DNA from: Bacteroidaceae bacterium
Lineage (GTDB): Bacteria; Bacteroidota; Bacteroidia; Bacteroidales; Barnesiellaceae_A
Direction of reading: 5' to 3'
DNA length: 64,000 nucleotides
NCBI GenBank assembly: GCA_017935645.1
Contig: JAGBHF010000090.1
Span: forward strand, 3,387-67,386
In this document: piece by piece, positions 44,686 through 52,560 of the stretch
How the letters are laid out: every line of letters begins with the position of its first letter
Numbering within the stretch: the first letter of the stretch is position 1
Made by a program: the position numbers and the translations under genes
Notes under the pieces: model-generated
Databases searched by the model: none
Told to the model about the DNA's origin: nothing
What the model saw: only the letters and a program-made list of their open reading frames with translations

Positions 44686-47600
44686 CAGTCGCATATAAGT
44701 TTGATAATATCATTAGAAGAACGATTGTTGCAACAATCTTCTTGTTGCTTTCTTTTGGTGTAGCTGCCCAAGTAACCATTACCGGATATGTATATGATGA
44801 GAATAGAGAACCCATCATAGGTGCATCAGTTATAGAAAAAAATGGCTCAGCCACTATGACCAATGTAAATGGTTGGTTCAAAATAGAATCGTCGGGAGAA
44901 AAGCCTCTTACCGTAGCCTTTATTGGATGCAAACTTCTTGAAATCAATGAAAAAGAAGATAAATACGTTGAAGTCACATTGATGCCCGATAAATCAAAAA
45001 GAGAGTCTTCATACATCGCTATCAATGCAAAGACCTACCAAAAGGCTATAGAAGGAGACGCTCAATCGCAATTTGAAATGGCTGAAATGTATGCAGATGA
45101 CCTCAATTATACAGAAGCTGCCGGATGGTATGAGAAAGCAGCCAATGGAGGGCATGCCGAAGCACAACATTGGTTGGGTTTTTATTATGCTAAAGGTAGA
45201 GGTGTTGAGCATGACATGAAGAAAGCGTTCCAACTCTATAAAAAATCAGCCGAACAAGGTTTTGCTTTAGGATACTATGCCATGGGCGTTTGTTACACTT
45301 CAGGTGATGGTGTACCTAAAAACACCAAAGAGGCTGTGAGAAACTTCAACTTAGCAGCCGAACTTGGCGATGCAGAATTGGTAAACAGAGTAGGCGTGCG
45401 CTTTGCTACCGGCACATTTGCTCCCAAAGATGAAAAATTGGCTGTAAAATGGTTTACCAAAGCTGCAAAATTGGGCGATAGTACTGCACAATGCAATTTA
45501 GCAGGTTGTTATTTGGATGGTCGAGGTATAAAACAAGATTTCAAGGAGGCTGTAAAGTGGTATCGTAAAGCAGCTGAACAAGGTAATGCTGAGGCACAAA
45601 ATAATTTAGGTGAATGTTACTATTATGGTTACGGTGTAACAAAAGACTACACCGAAGCGGTGAAATGGTTCCGCAAAGCAGCCGAAAAAGGTAATGCCGT
45701 GGCACAAAATTATTTAGGCAATTGCTACTATGCTGGTGATGGTATAAAACAAGATTACACCGAAGCCGTGAAATGGTATCGTAAAGCAGCCGAACAAGGT
45801 GATGCTGAGGCACAAAATAATTTAGGCAATTGCTACTATGCTGGTTATGGTGTAACAAAAGACTACACCGAAGCCGTGAAATGGTTCCGCAAAGCAGCTG
45901 AAAAAAGTAATGCCGAGGCACAAAATAATTTAGGCAATTGCTACTATGCTGGCGTTGGTATAAAACAAGATTACACCGAAGCCGTGAAATGGTATCGTAA
46001 AGCAGCCGAACAAGGGCATGCCATGGCACAGAGCAATCTGGGATGTTGTTACTATGCTGGTGATGGTGTAACAAAAGACTACAACGAAGCTGTAAAATGG
46101 TTTCGCAAAGCTGCCGAACAAGGGAATGAATGGGGGCTATTTTATTTAGGAGAATGTTACTTTGATGGTTATGGTGTAACAAAAGACTACACCGAGGCGG
46201 TAAAGTGGTATCGCAAAGCTGCCGAACAAGGGCATGCCATAGCTCAGAACAATCTGGGATATTGTTACTATAATGGTCATGGTGTAATAAAAGATTACAA
46301 CGAGGCTGTAAAGTGGTATCGCGAAGCTGTCAAACAAGGAAATGCAGCATCTCAGAACAACTTAGGAAAATGCTACTATTATGGTCATGGTGTGACAAAG
46401 GACTATACCGAAGCAGTAAAATGGTTTCGAATAGCTGCTGAGCAACAAAGCATCAAGGCTCAAAACAAATTAGGCGATTGTTACTATTATGGTCACGGTG
46501 TAACAAAAGACTTCAAAGAGGCGGTGAAGTGGTATCAGTTAGCTGCCGAACAAGGTAATGCTGAGGCTCAAAATGCCTTGGGACATTGCTATGCCATGGG
46601 CGAAGGTGTGCCTTACGACATGGAGGAGGCTGTGGCGTGGTGGACTTTTGCTGCCAATCAGGGTAATATCGAAGCTAAATTGGCGTTAGAGAGTCTCGAA
46701 AAAGAGAGAGAGAAAGGGGTAAATCCACCGACATCACTTCCAACATTGCTCACAGGAGTATCATCATACGACACTGAGAAGGATTCTCAACAAATTGAAG
46801 AGGCTATACAAGACCAAGCAGCCAACGCACCGGCTCCCTATATCGAGCCTTTAACCTCGACTACAACCTATACCGCTCCCCAGGTCGAAGCACCCCAACT
46901 CCGTGTCCTTTCTGACTCGAAAGTCACCTTTAGCGACACTCGCCAAGAGGTGCGATTTGCTATATCGGACGACTCACACACTATCAAATACCGCATAGAT
47001 GGCGGTGCGACAACAACCCTACCGGCACAAGTAGTGCAGGCCGGTGTATGCGAGATAGAACTACCTCAACGCGACTGCCTGCTAACGATGTGGTGCGTGG
47101 GTGGTGAACCGCACACCATACAGTACATATACGACAGTGTATCATCGGCACGAAAGTCGGCTACACTGCACATACTTGCCATAGGTCTCAACGACTATCA
47201 AGACCCCAACCTCGGCAACCTCAACTATGCCGAGAAGGATGCTCGCGATGTGATATCGACTATTCAGAAGAAACACAAACACACATTTGCCAACATCGAT
47301 GCTCAACTGCTCGTGGGTCGCGACGTGACAAGCGAAATGATATCGGAGAAAATCAACAACTTGGCCGATAAAGCTACGGCTACGGACATGGCTGTTATCT
47401 TCTTTGCCGGACACGGACTGGTCGATGAGCGCGACCGTTACTACCTGTCGACCTACAATATTACCAATGCCAACACTCCTCGTCGCGGTGGCTACAGCGC
47501 AAGTCAGTTTGTTGAAGACATCAGCTATATCAACTGCAAACTACTGGTTTTCATCGATGCCTGCTATTCGGGCAAACTCCTTGAAGGCTATCGTGGCTCG

Positions 47601-47900
47601 GTATCGAGCGAGAACTTCTTCCGTGAAATGAACAATACCCCCAACGGCACTTGCATCTACACATCGAGCAACAAGGATGTTAAGTCGAAGGAGTCGGCAA
47701 AGTACAAGCACGGAGTATTTACACAGGCTCTTATCGAGTCGTTTGAGTTTGAAAACTCCGACGTCGATGGCGACAACCGCATATCGGTAATAGAGGTGCG
47801 CAACTATCTCGAAAAACGCATCCCGCAACTCACACAAAACAAACAAAAACCTATATATCGCAACGTCGAGGAGATTGACTTCCCCTTGTTTATCAAATAA
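44682..47900 (+). CDS. Exported multidomain protein: signal peptide, CarboxypepD_reg-like domain, about 15 Sel1-like repeats, beta-rich linker, and a C-terminal caspase-fold (peptidase C14) domain
   Basis: Signal peptide RRTIVATIFLLLSFGVAAQ. QVTITGYVYDENREPIIGASVIEKNG is CarboxypepD_reg-like. There are 36-aa repeats of the type AVKWYRKAAEQGNAEAQNNLGNCYYAGYGVTKDY. The caspase p20-like core is HILAIGLNDY...AVIFFAGHG (His codon 47412-47414) ...LLVFIDACYSG (Cys codon 47562-47564). ATG 44682 chosen; track ORF 44388.. overlaps the CHASE2 gene out of frame. Confidence 0.8.
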   Translation: MTVAYKFDNIIRRTIVATIFLLLSFGVAAQVTITGYVYDENREPIIGASVIEKNGSATMTNVNGWFKIESSGEKPLTVAFIGCKLLEINEKEDKYVEVTLMPDKSKRESSYIAINAKTYQKAIEGDAQSQFEMAEMYADDLNYTEAAGWYEKAANGGHAEAQHWLGFYYAKGRGVEHDMKKAFQLYKKSAEQGFALGYYAMGVCYTSGDGVPKNTKEAVRNFNLAAELGDAELVNRVGVRFATGTFAPKDEKLAVKWFTKAAKLGDSTAQCNLAGCYLDGRGIKQDFKEAVKWYRKAAEQGNAEAQNNLGECYYYGYGVTKDYTEAVKWFRKAAEKGNAVAQNYLGNCYYAGDGIKQDYTEAVKWYRKAAEQGDAEAQNNLGNCYYAGYGVTKDYTEAVKWFRKAAEKSNAEAQNNLGNCYYAGVGIKQDYTEAVKWYRKAAEQGHAMAQSNLGCCYYAGDGVTKDYNEAVKWFRKAAEQGNEWGLFYLGECYFDGYGVTKDYTEAVKWYRKAAEQGHAIAQNNLGYCYYNGHGVIKDYNEAVKWYREAVKQGNAASQNNLGKCYYYGHGVTKDYTEAVKWFRIAAEQQSIKAQNKLGDCYYYGHGVTKDFKEAVKWYQLAAEQGNAEAQNALGHCYAMGEGVPYDMEEAVAWWTFAANQGNIEAKLALESLEKEREKGVNPPTSLPTLLTGVSSYDTEKDSQQIEEAIQDQAANAPAPYIEPLTSTTTYTAPQVEAPQLRVLSDSKVTFSDTRQEVRFAISDDSHTIKYRIDGGATTTLPAQVVQAGVCEIELPQRDCLLTMWCVGGEPHTIQYIYDSVSSARKSATLHILAIGLNDYQDPNLGNLNYAEKDARDVISTIQKKHKHTFANIDAQLLVGRDVTSEMISEKINNLADKATATDMAVIFFAGHGLVDERDRYYLSTYNITNANTPRRGGYSASQFVEDISYINCKLLVFIDACYSGKLLEGYRGSVSSENFFREMNNTPNGTCIYTSSNKDVKSKESAKYKHGVFTQALIESFEFENSDVDGDNRISVIEVRNYLEKRIPQLTQNKQKPIYRNVEEIDFPLFIK
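45033..46720 (+). repeat. Array of about 15 Sel1-like repeats (108-bp period, partly organised as a 216-bp higher-order unit)
   Basis: 36-aa periodicity in the translation. 45579-45794 and 45795-46010 differ at about 16 of 216 nt by hand alignment. Confidence 0.85.
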
Positions 47901-47908
47901 CGAACTAA

Positions 47909-48790
47909 ATGAAACACACCATATTATCAATAGCCATGCTGTTACTGACCGCGCTGCTATGCGAGGCCAAGGAGTATTGTGTATACACAATCTACGGCAA
48001 AGTGACATGTGGCGAAAACAACCGAGCTGTGCGTGTCAAAGAGTATATTGATGAAGATGAATTCGTGACCATACACGATGGTGGCTGTCTTATACTGTAT
48101 GACGAAAAGAACAGCAAAGGCCGTCGCATTGCTCTCAAAGAGATAGGTCGTCAACGCATTAAAGTACTTGTAGAACGTGCCGATGACAACAGTATGGAAA
48201 ACTTTATGAGTTTCGGCAAGAAGCTGATATCAACTCTTATCTCGGGCAAGACACCCACCAATACAGGTAGAGACATGTCGTCGCAAGGGGGCAGCTACCG
48301 TGCCGATGACGACAACAAAGTCCTACTCGCAAGTGTCGCCAACTATCACAATCAATATCATAGCAACAATACTCCGGAGGTTGAGTATCCTATTACCTTT
48401 ACACTCAAGGACAGCAACGGAACAGTCGCTACCCGCATAGACAGCAATGAACTCTACACCATAGGCATCACCAATGGCAGTAGCGAATTCCTGTTTGTCA
48501 ATGCCTTACTTATAAGACCCGACGGTAGCAAAGTACTGTTGCTACCCATTGACACAAGCAACAACTGTTGTGCGCACCTGTGTATTCCACCCTACTCAAC
48601 TATCGACTTTACGCAATATGCCCGATTTATCTCAGCCCCTGCCGGTGCCGAAATTTTAGTGGTTGCATCACCGGTCGAAGTAGATTTTTCTATTCTGTAC
48701 CAAGACTTCGACTCGATAAATGCCAACACCGACGTAGAGCCTACATCGAAGATAGGTTGTATTATACAACGCTACGAAGCTGTAGAATGA
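47909..48790 (+). CDS. Exported protein with a DUF4384-like C-terminal beta domain (a family commonly linked to bacterial caspase homologs)
   Basis: Signal peptide MKHTILSIAMLLLTALLCEA. The C-terminal segment YTIGITNGSSEFLFVNALLIRPDGSKVLLLP...IPPYSTIDF...APAGAEILVVASP follows the DUF4384 pattern as I recall it. The N-terminal ~70 aa is a small Cys-containing beta module. It starts 8 nt after the caspase gene. Confidence 0.5.
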   Translation: MKHTILSIAMLLLTALLCEAKEYCVYTIYGKVTCGENNRAVRVKEYIDEDEFVTIHDGGCLILYDEKNSKGRRIALKEIGRQRIKVLVERADDNSMENFMSFGKKLISTLISGKTPTNTGRDMSSQGGSYRADDDNKVLLASVANYHNQYHSNNTPEVEYPITFTLKDSNGTVATRIDSNELYTIGITNGSSEFLFVNALLIRPDGSKVLLLPIDTSNNCCAHLCIPPYSTIDFTQYARFISAPAGAEILVVASPVEVDFSILYQDFDSINANTDVEPTSKIGCIIQRYEAVE

Positions 48791-48830
48791 GAAAAACATC
48801 GTAAAGGTAGGTTTATTCGTTTTTAATGCC

Positions 48831-48838
48831 TAATTTTG
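48831..48838 (+). promoter_or_regulatory. -7 promoter box TAATTTTG for the 48863 hypothetical gene
   Basis: Exact TAnnTTTG match, 24 nt upstream of ATG 48863. Confidence 0.5.
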
Positions 48839-48862
48839 TAGCAAAATTAAGGATTGAGAGAT

Positions 48863-49348
48863 ATGGCATATAACTTTGGCATAACACTTGATGAGTTGTA
48901 TCGCGCTATAGGGCGTGAGGTATACGAACAGTGCATCGAGAACAAATCATTGGCACGCATCGATGAGCGTGGCCTCTTTCCCACTCCATACGTCCGCAGC
49001 GACTACGACAAGGCCGATGGTCGTGCTCGTGGACAGAACTATGCTTCGTTGCAACTTGCATGCGAGGTGATAGACGAGGAGGGCAATGCAATTGCTCGCG
49101 AGGGATTTGCCTCTTTTGCCGAAATGAATGTCGAGGTGTGCGACTTACTCAATGAGTTTCCCGAGGGTCACTTTACCCGCGTGGTGATACAGTTGGTAGC
49201 CTTTGTCAATATCTACCAACGCATGAGCAACAGCTACTATACCGCTCGCGTAGTTTCGAATGTAATAGATATGCCCCTCGACGAGAGCCCCAATCGCATC
49301 ATGCGCATCGATTGCCAACGACTCTTGTACCCCAACAAGGTTAAGTAA
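48863..49348 (+). CDS. Hypothetical cytoplasmic protein (161 aa, no recognisable motifs)
   Basis: Clean ORF with its own -7 box and a strong downstream terminator. MAYNFGITLDELYRAIGREVYEQCIENK... No signal peptide or TM segment. Confidence 0.55.
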   Translation: MAYNFGITLDELYRAIGREVYEQCIENKSLARIDERGLFPTPYVRSDYDKADGRARGQNYASLQLACEVIDEEGNAIAREGFASFAEMNVEVCDLLNEFPEGHFTRVVIQLVAFVNIYQRMSNSYYTARVVSNVIDMPLDESPNRIMRIDCQRLLYPNKVK

Positions 49349-49366
49349 GAAGACATAAATATAATA

Positions 49367-49400
49367 GAAACGGGCTGCACACAAGGATGCAGCCCGTTTC
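49367..49400. terminator. Bidirectional terminator between the hypothetical gene and the HAD hydrolase gene
   Basis: GAAACGGGCTGCA / TGCAGCCCGTTTC 13-bp stem. Confidence 0.7.
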
Positions 49401-49424
49401 GGTATATATGGCGGTAATCTATAA

Positions 49425-50258
49425 CTACTTGAAATCTTGCTCCAAGAACTCTACCACACCGTCTTTATCATTCGATGCGATGACTTGTGTGGCACGCTGT
49501 TTCACAGCATCGAGTGCATTGTCGGGCGCGTATGAACGGTGCGCAATGTCGAACATGGGAATATCGTTGACGTTATCCCCAAACACAACAATCTCGTCGG
49601 CTTCGACAAGGCGTGCCAATTGTTTAATGGCGGTAGCCTTAGATGTTCCTGCAGGGTAAATCTCAAGATAACCCTGCTCGGGTTGCAAACTATCGCAATA
49701 CAGATAACTGCGATGACCGGGTATGGATGCAATGCGGTCGTGCACCTGTTGTAACTTGCCATACTCACCCATGAAAAATATCATCACAGTCATAGGCGGA
49801 GCTGCGAATTCACCTTCTACTTCGACATATTTCTTATAAGGAGTACCCATGCGACACTCCATAAAAGCACACTGACGCGCATCGTCGGTGTGGCGATAGG
49901 CTACATGCAGCAGTGAATTGTCGATATAATAGACCATAGGCGACAGGTCACTATCGGCAACGGCATCAATGAGTTGCGATGAAACTTCGTGTGGAAATGA
50001 TGAAACAGACAAGTAGCTGTTGGTGGCTATATCGTATATCAACGCACCCGTCATGAGTATTGCCGGCATCTTAAGCCCCACATTCGACATCAACTCCACT
50101 ACAGTGGCCGGTGTGCGAGCCGTAGCAATTGTAAAGATCATGCCATTGTCAATAAGCCTATTGAGCGACTGTGCCGTAGTGTGCGTGATACGAGAGTCGC
50201 CGTCAAGCAAAGTACCATCAAGGTCGCTGATGTAGAGAGTGCGCTTGTGCTGTGTCAT
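49425..50258 (-). CDS. Cof-type HAD-IIB family hydrolase (sugar phosphatase-like)
   Basis: Motif I ISDLDGTLL at the N-terminus when started at ATG 50258. C-terminal GDNVNDIPM motif. The longer track ORF (to 50327) runs into the tRNA-Asn gene. Confidence 0.8.
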   Translation of the reverse strand: MTQHKRTLYISDLDGTLLDGDSRITHTTAQSLNRLIDNGMIFTIATARTPATVVELMSNVGLKMPAILMTGALIYDIATNSYLSVSSFPHEVSSQLIDAVADSDLSPMVYYIDNSLLHVAYRHTDDARQCAFMECRMGTPYKKYVEVEGEFAAPPMTVMIFFMGEYGKLQQVHDRIASIPGHRSYLYCDSLQPEQGYLEIYPAGTSKATAIKQLARLVEADEIVVFGDNVNDIPMFDIAHRSYAPDNALDAVKQRATQVIASNDKDGVVEFLEQDFK

Positions 50259-50263
50259 AGTAG

Positions 50264-50301
50264 ATAAAACAAAAAGACCTGCACCGTAGTAGCAGGTCTT
50301 T
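50264..50301 (-). terminator. Hairpin plus U-tract immediately 3' of the tRNA-Asn pair (minus strand)
   Basis: The minus strand reads AAAGACCTGC...GCAGGTCTTT followed by TTTTTGTTTT, ending about 5 nt before the HAD ATG. Confidence 0.5.
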
Positions 50302-50303
50302 TG

Positions 50304-50377
50304 CTCTTCAGGTTGGACTTGAACCAACGACCCTCTGATTAACAGTCAGATGCTCTAACCGACTGAGCTACTGAAGA
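50304..50377 (-). tRNA. tRNA-Asn (anticodon GTT), copy 1
   Basis: The reverse complement folds as a cloverleaf: acceptor TCTTCAG/CTGAAGA, D-arm GCTC-AGTCGGTTA-GAGC, anticodon arm TCTGA-CTGTTAA-TCAGA, T-arm GTTGG-TTCAAGT-CCAAC, discriminator G. CCA is not encoded. Confidence 0.9.
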
Positions 50378-50400
50378 ATAAAAAAGTGTTTAACAAGTTG

Positions 50401-50474
50401 CTCTTCAGGTTGGACTTGAACCAACGACCCTCTGATTAACAGTCAGATGCTCTAACCGACTGAGCTACTGAAGA
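50401..50474 (-). tRNA. tRNA-Asn (anticodon GTT), copy 2, identical to copy 1
   Basis: The same 74-nt sequence, 97 bp upstream of copy 1. Confidence 0.9.
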
Positions 50475-50497
50475 AGATTTTACCTCGAAAGGCGGTG

Positions 50498-50505
50498 CAA
50501 AGATA
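50498..50505 (-). promoter_or_regulatory. -7 promoter box TATCTTTG for the tRNA-Asn pair
   Basis: Exact TAnnTTTG match on the minus strand, 23 nt upstream of the 5' end of copy 2. Confidence 0.55.
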
Positions 50506-50692
50506 AGGCGTTTTTATTAATTGTGCAATAGATAGCATGATTTTTTTTCGTTTATATTCAAAATATTCTCTTTTTTACCTCAAAACGGGTGTGTAAGGAG
50601 TTGTAAAGAACTCGTTTTTGAACAAATAACGTTAAAAAAACGGCATTTGACACGAATATTCACTATCTTCGTAGTATCAAACTACCGAATTT

Positions 50693-52348
50693 ATGAAACG
50701 TATCACTCTACTTATATTATATATAGCCGCTGTAAGCTATGCTGTAGCCAACGAGAATAAGATGTTCGCATATTCGCAAAACATCGAAGTATTCTCGGAT
50801 GTACTCAAGCAACTCAATATCCACTATGTCGATACGGTAGATATTGACAAGAGCGTTAAGCATGGTATATCGGCCATGCTGTCTACTCTCGACCCCTACA
50901 CCATCTACTTTACCGAGGAGGAGGCCAAGCAGTTTGCCGAACAAAATACGGGCGAATATGCCGGTGTGGGTTGCACCATCATGCAACGTGACAGTGCCGT
51001 GTATATATCAGAGCCTTTCGATAACACTCCGGCGCAAGAAGTAGGCCTGAAAGCCGGCGACAAAATTGTGATGATAGACAACGACACTGTATTGACATGG
51101 AAGAGCGACGAAGTAAGTAAACGCATGCGCGGACTGCCCAATACCAACCTGCGCATGGTCATAGAGCGCCCCGGTGTCGACTCGCTGATGGAAGTAAATA
51201 TCACACGACGCATCATCCAACGCAACCCTGTTGTGTACTACGGTACTATAGCCGACGGTGTGGGATATATAATGCTCGAAACATTCTCGGACAAAGCCTC
51301 AGAGGAGGTGCGCAAGGCATTTATTGACCTAAAGAACAACTACGGCATCACCTCGCTGGTACTCGACCTGCGCGACAATGGTGGCGGATTGGTGGGCGAA
51401 GCCATAAAGATACTCAACATGTTTCTACCCCGCGGCACTACCGTATTGGAGTCGCGAGGAAAGGTGGAAAACAGCAACCACACCTACAAGACCGAGAAAG
51501 AACCCATCGACACCAAGATACCCATAGCTGTACTTATCAATGGCTACACAGCATCGGCCTCGGAAGTGGTAGCCGGAGCCTTGCAAGACCTCGACCGTGC
51601 AGTCATCATTGGCGACCGCTCATTCGGCAAAGGACTTATACAACAAGTATTTCCCCTTCCGTTCAACCGTCAGTTGAAGATTACCGTATCTTACTATTAC
51701 ATACCCAGTGGTCGTTCGATACAAGCCATCGACTACACCAAGCGCGATGCCGACGGACGAGTAGCACGCATGCCCGACTCACTCACCAACGAATTTCGCA
51801 CTGCAGCCGGTCGTATAGTACGCGATGGTGGTGGTATCACCCCCGACATAACCGTTAAGTCCGACACGATGAGCCACCTGCACTACTACCTCTACACCGG
51901 TCAGCACATCTTCGACTACGCTACCAACTATGCTCGTCGCCATGAGAACATAGCCCCAGCCAATGAGTTTCGCCTTACCGATGCCGACTACGAAGCCTTT
52001 AAAGAATTTGTACACTCACGCGACTTCAAGTACGACAAGATGAGCAGCAAACTACTCGAAGAGCTACGCGAAGCCATGACCTTCGAAGGCTATATGGACG
52101 AACAGACCTCCGAAATGGTTAAGTCGATTGAAGAGCGATTGCAACACAATGTAAACAAAGACCTCGACACCTTCCGTCGCGAGATAGAACTATCGCTCAC
52201 ACAAGAGATAGCCTCGCGCTACTACTACCAACAGGGCGCTATTATTGTAGGACTGCGCGGTGAACCCGTCACACAACGAGCCATAGAGATACTGCAGTCG
52301 CCACAACAATATAACGAAATACTCTCAGCAAACAAAAAGGCTAAATAA
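50693..52348 (+). CDS. S41-family carboxyl-terminal processing peptidase (Ctp/Prc-like) with a PDZ domain
   Basis: Signal peptide, PDZ segment (GLKAGDKIVMIDN), S41 catalytic region (INGYTASASEVVAGALQD...GDRSFGKGLIQ). Confidence 0.85.
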   Translation: MKRITLLILYIAAVSYAVANENKMFAYSQNIEVFSDVLKQLNIHYVDTVDIDKSVKHGISAMLSTLDPYTIYFTEEEAKQFAEQNTGEYAGVGCTIMQRDSAVYISEPFDNTPAQEVGLKAGDKIVMIDNDTVLTWKSDEVSKRMRGLPNTNLRMVIERPGVDSLMEVNITRRIIQRNPVVYYGTIADGVGYIMLETFSDKASEEVRKAFIDLKNNYGITSLVLDLRDNGGGLVGEAIKILNMFLPRGTTVLESRGKVENSNHTYKTEKEPIDTKIPIAVLINGYTASASEVVAGALQDLDRAVIIGDRSFGKGLIQQVFPLPFNRQLKITVSYYYIPSGRSIQAIDYTKRDADGRVARMPDSLTNEFRTAAGRIVRDGGGITPDITVKSDTMSHLHYYLYTGQHIFDYATNYARRHENIAPANEFRLTDADYEAFKEFVHSRDFKYDKMSSKLLEELREAMTFEGYMDEQTSEMVKSIEERLQHNVNKDLDTFRREIELSLTQEIASRYYYQQGAIIVGLRGEPVTQRAIEILQSPQQYNEILSANKKAK

Positions 52349-52421
52349 CACAACAACAGAGAGTTTGAAAATAAACGCAAAATTTTTGAATAAAAAATTT
52401 GCACAGTCCATACAAAAGCAT

Positions 52422-52429
52422 TACCTTTG
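52422..52429 (+). promoter_or_regulatory. -7 promoter box TACCTTTG for tRNA-Leu
   Basis: Exact TAnnTTTG match, 10 nt upstream of the tRNA 5' end. Confidence 0.6.
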
Positions 52430-52439
52430 CCACGCAAAA

Positions 52440-52523
52440 GCCCAGATGGCGGAATTGGTAGACGCGCTGGTCTCAAACACCAGTGGATTCACTTCCATGC
52501 CGGTTCGATCCCGGCTCTGGGTA
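52440..52523 (+). tRNA. tRNA-Leu (anticodon CAA), class II with a long variable arm
   Basis: Acceptor GCCCAGA/TCTGGGT, anticodon arm CTGGT-CTCAAAC-ACCAG, long variable arm, T-arm CCGG-TTCGATC-CCGG, discriminator A. Confidence 0.9.
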
Positions 52524-52525
52524 CA

Positions 52526-52560
52526 AAAGCCTCGAAGTCAATGACTCCGAGGCTTTTTTG
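52526..52560 (+). terminator. Rho-independent terminator after tRNA-Leu
   Basis: GCCTCGAAGT...ACTCCGAGGC stem followed by T6. Confidence 0.75.

Noticed and set aside
45541-46182. 213-aa minus-strand ORF with a striking periodic sequence (…LLHHHQHSSNCLNYFVP…)
   Set aside because: The periodicity merely mirrors the 108-bp Sel1 repeats on the coding (+) strand. It is an antisense artefact.
49425-50327. Full-length 300-aa version of the HAD hydrolase ORF
   Set aside because: Its first 23 codons run through the terminator hairpin and into tRNA-Asn copy 1. The HAD motif I (DLDGTL) fits the ATG at 50258.
50300-50480. The 97-bp direct repeat considered as a possible CRISPR array or att duplication
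   Set aside because: Each repeat is a complete, perfectly folding tRNA-Asn gene. There are only two copies, no spacer-like unique inserts, no cas genes and no integrase nearby.
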